DNA of 64,000 nucleotides, taken from a virus. Below the pieces are notes generated by a model. It was not told where the DNA came from, ran no database searches, and saw nothing but the letters and a program-made list of their open reading frames with translations. A program made the position numbers and the translations under genes. Every line of letters begins with the position of its first letter. The stretch's first letter is position 1. This document shows, piece after piece, positions 38,591 through 47,752 of the stretch. Location: the IMG/VR virus record IMGVR_UViG_3300035670_013167, positions 1-64,000 of that record; one strand, given 5' to 3'.

Positions 38591-39121
38591 TTATTCTTCC
38601 TGAATTTTTTGATTTAATTCTTTATTTTCTTCATCAGAAAGCAAATGAGACTTTATCCTTTCTTTTATTTTGATATTTATTTTTTCATTTTCTTCAGGAG
38701 AATATTCTTTTGTTTTTAATTCATCTAAGTTTAGAACAGAAATAGAACACCAGTGAGGATCATCTTTAGGAACATGTCCTGGCTTGGTGTAGAAAAACAT
38801 TTCCAATGTGTACTTATAAGATTTCTTAGCAACCTCATCGGCAGTCATGCCAGCCAAAAGATCTTCCGCCATTAGTCTTGGAACTTTATGAGCGTCTATT
38901 TCTGAAGCAAACAGTAACTTTCTCATTATTTGAACTGTTGCTTCCATCTTGTTTTCCGTATCTGTCAGAAGCGATATTATTTGTCTTTTTTCGCCTCCAT
39001 CAACAAATTCAGCAATCGCAGAATATTTAGCTATAATTTCGCCCTTTTCGGGCTTTGACCTTCTGATATCTTTAAAATATTCACTAAAATTAGATTCATT
39101 TATTTCTACTTCTTCAATCAT
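38591..39121 (-). CDS. Hypothetical protein
   Basis: 176-aa ORF coupled to dnaE-C. Confidence 0.75.
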   Translation of the reverse strand: MIEEVEINESNFSEYFKDIRRSKPEKGEIIAKYSAIAEFVDGGEKRQIISLLTDTENKMEATVQIMRKLLFASEIDAHKVPRLMAEDLLAGMTADEVAKKSYKYTLEMFFYTKPGHVPKDDPHWCSISVLNLDELKTKEYSPEENEKINIKIKERIKSHLLSDEENKELNQKIQEE

Positions 39122-41687
39122 TTTCGCCTCTTTTTGCAGGTGCTTCCATTACTTGTAGTCTGTGGTCTTTTGATTTATCTTGCGGAAGCTTGTATCTTTC
39201 TTGTTTTCTAGGAGACTCAAAGGTATAAGACTTAAACCCTTTTCCGGGTTTTGTGACTCTCATTTGAATTAAATTACCTCTATTTTCTTCACAATTCCAA
39301 TAATTCAATTCTTCTTTGAACCTATTATAATCTTCTTCCCAAAAAGTTACAACTTCAACATTCCAATCCTCATCTTCAACAAGAACATAATAATATTTGT
39401 TGCCATTTTTTGAAATTTTTTCTTCCGGCTTTTTAGTAATCATACACTCAACACCAGCATTGTATATCATTTCGTCTTCTTTGAATCTTGTAAAAGACAA
39501 GTCTCCTTTATAATCAGGACTTTTTTCTAGAGGGTGCTGCCAACTAAAGCCGTAATATTTTTTTTCTATGTCAAATTGATTTGGTATTTCATCTGCTGGG
39601 TGTGTGTTTTTGCATTCCCAATTTTCAAGAGAAATAAAATTTTGCTCTAGCAATTCGGCTTTTTGCTCATAGGAGGTCACAGATTTCCAATACTTTCTTA
39701 ATATTTGATAAAAATCTTCTTTAGTAAATTCTTCTAGCAAATAAGATTGTTCAAAATTATCAAAATTTTCATAAAGATTCATTAAGTTTTCATGAATCAA
39801 TATATCATGATTTTTTAATAGGCCTTTCATTTCCTCTATTAGTAAAGATCTTCTTTTTTCTTGAGCTTTAATTTTAGAAACATTGCTTTTATCCCATTTC
39901 TTAAATTCTTCATAAAACTCAAGAAGAATATGAATTGGCCTTTCTTTAAAAACTTCTAAGTAAATCAAAGGCTCTACAATTCTCTTGTCTGTTCCGAACC
40001 TTTTTAAGAAATCTTCAATTCCAGAAAAAGGTTGTTTACTAACTATTTCTTCTGCGACTTCTTTGCCTATTCCTTTTATGTTTGAAAAACCAATATAAAT
40101 TTCATTATCAACTATTTCAAAATTAGCTTTAGATTTATTTAAGTCGCATCTATTTATTTTTATATTTAATCTTTCCGCTTCTCGTTTATATGACTTGAGC
40201 TTGTCCTCATCAGACTCTAAACTTAAAGTCGAAACAAAAAACTCAAGAGGATAATGAGCCTTAAGATAAAGTAGTCTCGAAGAAAGGTGAGTATAAGCAC
40301 AAGCATGACTTTTATTAAAACCATAGCCAGAGAAAGCTTCAATCTGATTGAATAAAAAGTTCATGTTTCTATTATCATCGGATTCTATAGGCCAGCCAGT
40401 TTTCCTACTGCCGTTCTCTAAAAACATCTGTTTGTATTTTGCAAATTCTGATATTTTCTTTTTACTAATTGCTTTTCTAATTTTTTCACAATGTATTAAG
40501 GGAATATCTCCGACCACATTCAACACTTGCATACATTGTTCTTGATAACAGAGAATTCCATGGGTTTTTTTCAAAACTTCTCTAACACATTCAGGAACCT
40601 GATCCTCCCATTTTTCTCTGCCCTTTTTTCTTTCGATATATCTTTCGTGCATCTGCATCTTTAATGCAGATGGTCTAAATAAAGCAGTATACGCAACCAA
40701 ATCATCAAAAGAATCGACGCCTCCTGACTTGATCAAATTTCTCATTCCTTCACTATCAAATTGAAAAACGCCTCTAGTTTTTGCTTCATTGGCCAAAAAT
40801 AAAGATTTTGGATCATTCAAATAAGAAGTGTCAGACCAATCAGAACAACCTTCTATAGCAGAAATGGACTTTATTTTATGCCTATCTTTAATTAATTTGC
40901 AACAATTAGCGATTCTCAACAAGTCCTTAATTGCAAGAACGTCAAATTTTATGAGACCTACAGGTTGCAAATCTTGATCATGTAAACCTTCTGTCCAGCC
41001 CGATACAGGATTGCCATCAGTATCAATCATTACTGGAACAAAGTCATCTATTTTTACACTAGAAATTACAGTACCGCCCGCGTGTTTGCCTCTGCTCCTG
41101 TTCCTGTCAATCAATCTTCTTGCAGCGTCGGTAACTTCTGGGTATTTTTTAGAATACTCACTTAATTCAGGAGATAACTCTAACGCCTTTTCCCAAGTAA
41201 GAGGATTGCCTTCTTCATCTCGGTCTTGAAGATTTTTTGTAATAGATTGAATTTCATTTCTATCGACCCCATGAACTCTCGCCATATCTAACAAAGCAGA
41301 CTTCATGCCGAAAGTGCCATAATTTCCTATATTAACAACATTGTCTCTTCCAAAAGCTCTTGGACAATAATCATTTCTCAAGTAATCTTGAATAATGGGC
41401 AAATAATCCACATCAATATCTGGAAACTCTCCTTGGACATATTTTGGTTCTTTGCTAATGTCAAAGTCATCGCATAAATCTAAAAGATAAGCTATAAATA
41501 AATTATTTTCATTATTAGAAAATTTAGCTTTCTTTTCATGTAAATTTATAAAATACTCATGATCTGCTTGGTTGTCCGTTTCTTGCAATTCCTTTTTCAA
41601 TCTGTTTTTGTAAATTTCAGAATTGCAATTCTTAGACTGCATACTCTTGATGCAAATCTTTATTAATTTTTCTCTTAAATCTATCAT
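39114..41687 (-). CDS. dnaE: DNA polymerase III alpha, C-terminal part (catalytic palm, fingers, HhH, OB)
   Basis: FPDIDVD, GKHAGG, GLIKFDVL, GVFQF, ALFRP, YQEQ, YGFNKSHA, GFSNIKGIG. Confidence 0.93.
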   Translation of the reverse strand: MIDLREKLIKICIKSMQSKNCNSEIYKNRLKKELQETDNQADHEYFINLHEKKAKFSNNENNLFIAYLLDLCDDFDISKEPKYVQGEFPDIDVDYLPIIQDYLRNDYCPRAFGRDNVVNIGNYGTFGMKSALLDMARVHGVDRNEIQSITKNLQDRDEEGNPLTWEKALELSPELSEYSKKYPEVTDAARRLIDRNRSRGKHAGGTVISSVKIDDFVPVMIDTDGNPVSGWTEGLHDQDLQPVGLIKFDVLAIKDLLRIANCCKLIKDRHKIKSISAIEGCSDWSDTSYLNDPKSLFLANEAKTRGVFQFDSEGMRNLIKSGGVDSFDDLVAYTALFRPSALKMQMHERYIERKKGREKWEDQVPECVREVLKKTHGILCYQEQCMQVLNVVGDIPLIHCEKIRKAISKKKISEFAKYKQMFLENGSRKTGWPIESDDNRNMNFLFNQIEAFSGYGFNKSHACAYTHLSSRLLYLKAHYPLEFFVSTLSLESDEDKLKSYKREAERLNIKINRCDLNKSKANFEIVDNEIYIGFSNIKGIGKEVAEEIVSKQPFSGIEDFLKRFGTDKRIVEPLIYLEVFKERPIHILLEFYEEFKKWDKSNVSKIKAQEKRRSLLIEEMKGLLKNHDILIHENLMNLYENFDNFEQSYLLEEFTKEDFYQILRKYWKSVTSYEQKAELLEQNFISLENWECKNTHPADEIPNQFDIEKKYYGFSWQHPLEKSPDYKGDLSFTRFKEDEMIYNAGVECMITKKPEEKISKNGNKYYYVLVEDEDWNVEVVTFWEEDYNRFKEELNYWNCEENRGNLIQMRVTKPGKGFKSYTFESPRKQERYKLPQDKSKDHRLQVMEAPAKRGEND

Positions 41688-41690
41688 GCA

Positions 41691-42641
41691 CTAAAATCCA
41701 ATTTTATTATGATCATCTTCATCAGATCTAGGCGTATAATCCATCATGCTTCTTAGTGTTTCGATGGACTCTTGATAAGAATTACCAAGTATACAAACAG
41801 CAATAAATAATTCTTTTAAGTGAGCTATTGACATATTTTCAGTATCTTCGACCCATTTTTCAATATTGATTTTGTATTCTTTTTTTGTTTCGTCATCTAT
41901 TAGGTGATTAAAATAATTTCTTCTTGAATTTTTCTTGGGATGACCCATCTTAAATCTTTTATCAAACCTGCTTGGTCTATTCAACAATCTTTGACCAAGA
42001 CGTTCGGGATAATTGCTCGTTGCCAAATAAACAACCTTACTTATCTGATCTACCCCGTCCAATATATTTAAGACCTCAGATTCATTAAAACTATCAATTA
42101 TCGAATCTATATCTTCCATCAAAACAACTATTGGGGTTTCAGGTTGTATTTCTCTAAAAATTCTAACTCCATCAGAAAAAATTCCTGGGCTAACAAATTT
42201 AAAAACAACTCCATGTCTCTTAATCACATCCTCGCAAATTAGCTGAATGGTGCTGCTCTTGCCCGATCCCGGAGGGCCGTATAAAAACAAGCCCCTACGA
42301 TAATTTAAGTTGTACTTTTTGAAAGCTTCTTCTCTTTCCCAGAATTTAGCAATTTCAGCTATGACTGCTTCTGAATTTGTTTCTGGAAATCTTAGAAGGC
42401 CGTCTGTTTTAACATTTATTTTTTGAAAAAATATACCTTTGGCATGACAAACTTGAATGTCATAAATTCCAGGAATGATCTTGCCAACTGTTGCTCCTGC
42501 CGGGTAGAATTTAGACCCATCACTTGTTGTGAATTGTTTATAGCCAGCCAAATCTAATGAAGTTTTATCATAAAATTCGGCTATATAATCATCTACAATA
42601 GAAGAAGAAGAACGAATTTTTAATTTATTTTTAGGTGTCAT
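41691..42641 (-). CDS. AAA+ ATPase
   Basis: GLFLYGPPGSGKS, VLMEDID, LNILDG, TSNYPE, RPSRFD. Confidence 0.92.
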   Translation of the reverse strand: MTPKNKLKIRSSSSIVDDYIAEFYDKTSLDLAGYKQFTTSDGSKFYPAGATVGKIIPGIYDIQVCHAKGIFFQKINVKTDGLLRFPETNSEAVIAEIAKFWEREEAFKKYNLNYRRGLFLYGPPGSGKSSTIQLICEDVIKRHGVVFKFVSPGIFSDGVRIFREIQPETPIVVLMEDIDSIIDSFNESEVLNILDGVDQISKVVYLATSNYPERLGQRLLNRPSRFDKRFKMGHPKKNSRRNYFNHLIDDETKKEYKINIEKWVEDTENMSIAHLKELFIAVCILGNSYQESIETLRSMMDYTPRSDEDDHNKIGF

Positions 42642-42697
42642 AAATACAAATTATAATCAGACAAACCAATAAAAACAATACATATTAGGTGTAAAAC

Positions 42698-42853
42698 ATG
42701 GAAAAAAAAGAAAATCCAAACAAAGATTTGGAAAAAAAAGATGAAAAATTAATAAATAATAATCTTAATAAATATGATGTTTATATGTGCGATAATGACA
42801 GCGTGTATGTGCCAATAGATTTAGAAAACTTAAAAGTAAAAAATAAAGCATAA
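42698..42853 (+). CDS. Small hypothetical protein (51 aa, not in ORF track)
   Basis: AGGTG SD; MEKKENPNKDLEKKDEK... Confidence 0.45.
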   Translation: MEKKENPNKDLEKKDEKLINNNLNKYDVYMCDNDSVYVPIDLENLKVKNKA

Positions 42854-42886
42854 ATATATGAGTATTATTTTTTTGGAGAAAAACAA

Positions 42887-44044
42887 ATGAAATCTTTTCT
42901 TGATTATTTAAACGAAGAAAAACTAAAAGGAAGTCAACATAAATTAGACATTAATAAAAATGGAAAATTAGACAAGTTTGATTTCAAAGCATTACAAAAT
43001 AAAAATAAAATTAAAAAAGAATATGTTAATGATCAAGGAAAATTAATAGAAAAACCAGAAGTAAAAAAAATAGCAGATTATGACGGACCAAATCCTAAAA
43101 GCCCACCAGAAAAAAATGCTGCATCCTACAAACCGGCAAATGACAACACAAAATCTCCCACTGTAGATGTAGAAAAAAATGGACTAGGAGAAATGGGAGA
43201 TCAAAAATTAAAATACGAACCAAACACAGAATACAAACAAGAAATAGTAAAAGCTTCTTGGGCAAAAACTGAAAACTTCTTAAATAAAACAAAAGGAATG
43301 TCTTTATCAGAGTTTACCAAATATATGCTTGATGAATGCGGTTGCGGAGCCGTTCAGGATGAAGAGCTTCCTTATGTAACAGCTTACACAACAGGAAAAT
43401 TTCAACCACATCCTCCAGAAGCGGTCAAATACGTTGTTGTTCTAGCAAATAAAAATAATAATATATTAGACAACATGATAAGAGAAATGAAATCAACCGG
43501 GATGTTGGGAAAGCTTATGCAGGCTTTGCTGGAGAATCCAGAAGCTTACGATGAATTAACAAACTTATTAGGCGATTCTCAACAAGGACCTAGCAGATGT
43601 AAATTGTTGGCAAAATCAATGAGCAATTCCTATCAAAACTTCTTAAAAGATCAAAGCTCAATGTACGAATCAGTAAGCTCTCCAATCGGATTTGACGTGG
43701 AAGACGATGATATGGACATGGAAGACGATGATATGGACGATGATATGGACATGGAAGACGATGATATGGACATGGAAGACGATGATATGGACATGGAAGA
43801 CGATGATATGGACATGGAAGACGACGATATGGACATGGAAGACGACGATATAGACATGGAAGACGACGATATGGACATGGAAGACGACGATATGGACATG
43901 GAAGACGACGATATGGACATGGAAGACGACGATATGGAAGAAAAAGAATTAGATGCAACAAAATTTGCACCAAGAATTAAGAAAAAATTCGCCCATAATC
44001 ATTTATTAGATGCCATGAAAGAATTTGATCATTTTAGAAAGTGA
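42887..44044 (+). CDS. Acidic-repeat protein with capsid-targeting-like N-terminus; possible prohead core/internal protein
   Basis: MKSFLDYLNE; EF-hand-like DINKNGKLDKFD; (DMEDDDM)n tract; CATAAATA and GGAG upstream. Confidence 0.75.
   Translation: MKSFLDYLNEEKLKGSQHKLDINKNGKLDKFDFKALQNKNKIKKEYVNDQGKLIEKPEVKKIADYDGPNPKSPPEKNAASYKPANDNTKSPTVDVEKNGLGEMGDQKLKYEPNTEYKQEIVKASWAKTENFLNKTKGMSLSEFTKYMLDECGCGAVQDEELPYVTAYTTGKFQPHPPEAVKYVVVLANKNNNILDNMIREMKSTGMLGKLMQALLENPEAYDELTNLLGDSQQGPSRCKLLAKSMSNSYQNFLKDQSSMYESVSSPIGFDVEDDDMDMEDDDMDDDMDMEDDDMDMEDDDMDMEDDDMDMEDDDMDMEDDDIDMEDDDMDMEDDDMDMEDDDMDMEDDDMEEKELDATKFAPRIKKKFAHNHLLDAMKEFDHFRK
43694..43939 (+). repeat. 21-bp coding tandem repeat, about 11 copies (DMEDDDM)
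   Basis: GACATGGAAGACGAYGATATG units, one 12-nt partial unit, no spacers. Confidence 0.95.
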
Positions 44045-44056
44045 ACTACCCACCCG

Positions 44057-45223
44057 CTAAAGCGAGTGGGCTTCAAGTTTCATAGCCTTGTCTAACGACA
44101 ACGACTCCACTTGTTTTTGTTTATTGAGCGACTTGGTTCCCAAGCCACTCATATTCAAACCTTGTTTTAGTATGTTGAGACTAGCGTTATAGTCTCGGTC
44201 AATGTTCTTTCCGCAAACGCATTTCCATTCACGGTCTTTCAGCGTCAACTCTTGATTGATGTGTCCACAATCATAGCAAGTTTTACTGCTCGGAAAGAAT
44301 CTGTCTATTTTCACAATTGTTCGCCCGTACCATTCTGCCTTGTAGGATAGTTGACGAACAAACTCTCCCCAACCGCAATTCATCACTGATTTTGCCAACT
44401 TATGATTACGCATAATGCCTTTAACATTAAGGTCTTCTACGCATATGACTTGGTTTTCGTCAATCAACTTTTTGGAAAGTTTATGCAAGAAGTCCGTTCT
44501 ATTGTTGGTGATTTTTTCATATATCTTGGCTAGTTTTATTCTTTGTTTATTTCTAGTTGATCCTCCTTTATTCTTTTTGCTTAACTGTTTTTGGTTGTAT
44601 TTCAAATTCTTTTCTAGTTTGTGGTAGTGTTTGGGGTTGTCAAAAACTTCGCCGTTGGAACAAACAACAAAATTTTTGATGCCCAAATCAATGCCTATTT
44701 TGTTCTTGTTTTTCTTGAGTTTATTTTGCCCAACCTCACAAGTCAACGAAACGAAGTATTTGTTGGTGGAAGTCTTGGATATGGTAATGAACCTTATCTC
44801 TCCAAATTCACGATGGATGTTTAGTTTGATTCCTTCCTTGAATTTGGGGAAATATATCTTGTCTTTTTTGATTGAAATGTGTTGCGGAACTCTAAATGAC
44901 TGTTTCTTGTGCTTTGACTTGAAAATTGGAAACTTGGTTTCTTTCCTGAAGAACTTGTTGTATGCTGTATCTAAATCTCGTAATGTATGTTGCAATGTTT
45001 GGCTGTTCACTTCCTTGAGCCAGTTGTATTCAGTCTTCTTTTTAACTTTGGTTAGTTCATTGGCACAATCGTAATAGTTCAATGTCTTTTTGTTGTCCAA
45101 ATATTCTTCTTTTCGTCTGTTCAAGAAGTAGTTCCACACAAACCTTCTGCAACCAAAGTGCTGGCTCAGTTTTTCTTTTTGGTCTTTTGTGGGTAGTAGT
45201 TGAAACTTGAACGACTTTAGCAT
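44057..45223 (-). CDS. tnpB: RNA-guided endonuclease TnpB
   Basis: N-terminal HTH (FGCRRFVWN), RuvC GIDLG / VEDL / DRDYNA, Zn finger CYDC..CVC. Confidence 0.95.
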   Translation of the reverse strand: MLKSFKFQLLPTKDQKEKLSQHFGCRRFVWNYFLNRRKEEYLDNKKTLNYYDCANELTKVKKKTEYNWLKEVNSQTLQHTLRDLDTAYNKFFRKETKFPIFKSKHKKQSFRVPQHISIKKDKIYFPKFKEGIKLNIHREFGEIRFITISKTSTNKYFVSLTCEVGQNKLKKNKNKIGIDLGIKNFVVCSNGEVFDNPKHYHKLEKNLKYNQKQLSKKNKGGSTRNKQRIKLAKIYEKITNNRTDFLHKLSKKLIDENQVICVEDLNVKGIMRNHKLAKSVMNCGWGEFVRQLSYKAEWYGRTIVKIDRFFPSSKTCYDCGHINQELTLKDREWKCVCGKNIDRDYNASLNILKQGLNMSGLGTKSLNKQKQVESLSLDKAMKLEAHSL

Positions 45224-45289
45224 ACAATGGTATGTACGCAGACCGATTCAAATTTATACGATAATTATGGTTTTTGTAAACGGCAAATA

Positions 45290-45526
45290 TTAAAGTCTTT
45301 CCGAAGTCTGCACCCAGTGGTAGTACTCGCTGCTCGCACCAAGACTTTTGATCGCTTCTGAAATATAACCATAAGTAGAACGATGTGATGCCGCCTCTGG
45401 AGGAAAATCTGTATTTTCGTCCGTGTCTGCTCGGTTACAAGCCTCTAGAACCGAAAATAGCATATCAACAGCTTGTTTCTTTGTTATTTTATTGTTTTGT
45501 CCCATCCACTCATTAAAACTTTTCAT
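45290..45526 (-). CDS. Cargo protein with capsid-targeting-like N-terminus (MKSFNEWM)
   Basis: AAAGGTGA SD; lies between the IS left end and tnpB; no HUH/Y1 transposase motif. Confidence 0.7.
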   Translation of the reverse strand: MKSFNEWMGQNNKITKKQAVDMLFSVLEACNRADTDENTDFPPEAASHRSTYGYISEAIKSLGASSEYYHWVQTSERL

Positions 45527-45560
45527 AATTTCACCTTTCTTGAACGACAGCATATATATA

Positions 45561-45586
45561 GTGTGTGTGTGTGTGTGTGTGTGTGT
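45561..45586. repeat. (GT)13 microsatellite
   Basis: 26-nt perfect dinucleotide run. Confidence 0.95.
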
Positions 45587-45657
45587 AATTTTACCGCCAT
45601 TCATCCCAGCCCCTAAAGGGGACTGGGTTTTCTGACGGGGGGGGCGTATAAATAAAA

Positions 45658-46614
45658 ATGAAAATATGCGTTCTTAATGATCCTTCTTGGGACGAGCCAT
45701 TTAATCCAGAATTTTATTTAAAAAATCACATTTGTGAAAAACACGATGTTTTTTATAAATCTTCATGTGATTACTTAAAAAGCATATCAAAAAAGTACGA
45801 TCTGTTCTTGAATTTTTGTGATGCTCCTTTTGTAGAAAAAAGGCCAGGAATAGACATTGTATTGTGTCTTGAAAAATTAAGAGTGCCATTTACAGGTGCT
45901 TACTCGTTTTGTTACGAACCATCAAGAAACAAAATGAAAAATATTTGCAATGGCATTTCAATACTTATGCCAAAATCAGCAACAGTTGCAAACTTAGATA
46001 GATTATCAGAAAAATTAGTTAGCCATATTGATTATCCAATGATAGTCAAACAGTCAAATAGCTACGGAAGCGTAGGTCTTACAAAAAAATCAAAAGTAAA
46101 TAATTTTGAAGAATTGAGAAATCAAGTTCAAGAAATGCTGTGTCATTTCCAAGCAGTTAGAATAGAAGAATTCATAGAAGGAAAAGAATTTAGTTGTCTG
46201 ATTTCTCAAAATCCACTAGATATAAAAAATCCAATAGCATACGAACCAGTAGAAATTAATTTCCCAAAAGAAGAATCTTTTAAACATTCCGATCTAAAAT
46301 GGGTTGATTATGAAAAAATGAATTGCTCGCCTGTTGAGATTTCAGAATTGTCCGAAGAAATAAAAAATATATGCAAAAAATTATTTATTCATACAAATGG
46401 AAGAGGCTATGCGAGATGCGACTTAAGAATGAATAATAAAAAAGAACTATACATGCTTGAAATAAACTACCAAGCAGGAATACTTTACTCAAAAGAAAAT
46501 CCAGGAACGGCAGATATAATTCTATTGAACGAAAAAAATGGACATGAAAAATTCATGGAATATTTAATAAAGTCCGCGTTCGTAAATGTTTCGTTGAATA
46601 ATCACATAATCTAG
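45658..46614 (+). CDS. D-Ala-D-Ala ligase-like ATP-grasp protein
   Basis: LNFCD, VPFTGA, YPMIVK...YGSVGL, IEEFIEGKEFS, GYARCDLR, LEIN. Confidence 0.85.
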   Translation: MKICVLNDPSWDEPFNPEFYLKNHICEKHDVFYKSSCDYLKSISKKYDLFLNFCDAPFVEKRPGIDIVLCLEKLRVPFTGAYSFCYEPSRNKMKNICNGISILMPKSATVANLDRLSEKLVSHIDYPMIVKQSNSYGSVGLTKKSKVNNFEELRNQVQEMLCHFQAVRIEEFIEGKEFSCLISQNPLDIKNPIAYEPVEINFPKEESFKHSDLKWVDYEKMNCSPVEISELSEEIKNICKKLFIHTNGRGYARCDLRMNNKKELYMLEINYQAGILYSKENPGTADIILLNEKNGHEKFMEYLIKSAFVNVSLNNHII

Positions 46615-46615
46615 A

Positions 46616-47299
46616 TTATTTTTTAATTATAATAGAAGTTATACTTGTTGGGCCAACTCTAAAAACTTTTACGGACTTAATATTTTCTTCTAAATATTTT
46701 AATTCGCCATCTGAGAGACTATGTGGCTTTGAAGTTTCTACATTAAAATTATTGTGTTTTTCAAATTGATCTAATAATTCAAGCGGAGTCACATAACCAG
46801 GAATTCCCCATCCCCAAGTTTGTGCTTTTTCAGGAACTTCAACTTCAATACTACTGTGCAAGTCTTCTAATATGTAAACTCCTCCAGATTTCAAAGATCT
46901 AAAAAAATAAGCAAATGTTATTTGTTGGTCATAAACATTATGCGATCCATCATCTATTATAACATCATAATTTTGTAGCTTTTTAGAATATTCAATAACT
47001 AAATCTCTTCTAGATTGATCAAACCATTCAGTAGTTATTCTTTCTGAATCTTTTATTTCATGTAAATTTATATCAAGACCTAGTATTTTTGCATTTGGAA
47101 AATAATCTCTCCACACTTTTAGGGAATTTCCAGGCACCCAACCAACTTCCTCCCAAAACCCCCCTATTCCGATTTCACAAAGCAAACTTACTTGGTCCCT
47201 AATCGAGCCAAGTGCTTCTTCATATGCGGTATTATAATAATTGTGAGTAAAATCTTTATCAGTCGGATATTTTTTAGAAATTTCACTTAAAGTTTTCAT
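46616..47299 (-). CDS. Class I SAM-dependent methyltransferase-like protein
   Basis: TDK..HNYY, LCEIGI, SLKVWRDYFPNA.ILGLDI, DVIIDDGSH, GGVYILED. Confidence 0.8.
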   Translation of the reverse strand: MKTLSEISKKYPTDKDFTHNYYNTAYEEALGSIRDQVSLLCEIGIGGFWEEVGWVPGNSLKVWRDYFPNAKILGLDINLHEIKDSERITTEWFDQSRRDLVIEYSKKLQNYDVIIDDGSHNVYDQQITFAYFFRSLKSGGVYILEDLHSSIEVEVPEKAQTWGWGIPGYVTPLELLDQFEKHNNFNVETSKPHSLSDGELKYLEENIKSVKVFRVGPTSITSIIIKK

Positions 47300-47472
47300 T
47301 TTTGATTCCACATCTCCCAGTTTTGTTCTGATTTTTTTTTATTACCTTCTTTATAGCCTTCTAAATAAGCTTTTTTTAGTAAGCTTAAATTTTTGTCATC
47401 TTCAAAATGCTGATTTTTCAACCACATTTCAAATAAATAATTAGGATCTATATAAAAATCATCAGTGCTCAT
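47296..47472 (-). CDS. Small hypothetical protein (58 aa, not in ORF track)
   Basis: ATGA overlaps at both ends; MSTDDFYIDPNYYFEMW... Confidence 0.6.
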   Translation of the reverse strand: MSTDDFYIDPNYLFEMWLKNQHFEDDKNLSLLKKAYLEGYKEGNKKKSEQNWEMWNQK

Positions 47473-47750
47473 TCTGTTATCACCATGTTGTTTTTAGGAA
47501 TTACAATTCCATTTCCAAATTGACCATTATATCCATTTCTTAAATCATCTTCTGGTTCTGACATGAGAACAACATGAATTAAAGAAATTTTATACTCTTC
47601 ATCCTTAGAAAAAGGCATAAGAGGCATGGTGGCGATACCTTCAGGAGTCATTATAAATTTTTGTGGTTTTTTTAATAAAACAAAATTTTCCTGAACTTCG
47701 GCTTCTGAAATTATATCTTCACCCGATACTAATTTTATAACTTTTATCAT
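47469..47750 (-). CDS. Conserved myovirus small protein (Sm-like beta-barrel candidate)
   Basis: MIKVIKLVSGEDIISE...P.MPFS...YN.QFG.GIV.P. Confidence 0.7.
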   Translation of the reverse strand: MIKVIKLVSGEDIISEAEVQENFVLLKKPQKFIMTPEGIATMPLMPFSKDEEYKISLIHVVLMSEPEDDLRNGYNGQFGNGIVIPKNNMVITE

Positions 47751-47752
47751 TT

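Larger units (their letters stand above)
44041..45647 (-). mobile_element. Non-autonomous IS200/IS605-family (tnpB-only) element with cargo gene
   Basis: Right end GCCCACTCGCTTTAGCGGGTGGGTAGTTCAC; left-end hairpin CCCAGTCCCCTTTAGGGGCTGGG next to TTTAT; removing the element restores AGA AAA TAA. Confidence 0.85.

Noticed and set aside
43694-43939. CRISPR array next to a Cas12f-like nuclease
   Set aside because: Repeats are head-to-tail without spacers and in frame within a CDS; the nuclease has IS605 ends and a TnpB HTH.
43590-43973. Antisense ORFs with RRLPCPY / SSSMSI repeats
   Set aside because: Shadow frames of the 21-bp repeat in the plus-strand gene.
41688-47752. Split intein or group I/II intron joining the two dnaE halves
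   Set aside because: No intein N/C motifs at either junction. The interval holds ordinary genes on both strands and no recognisable intron core.
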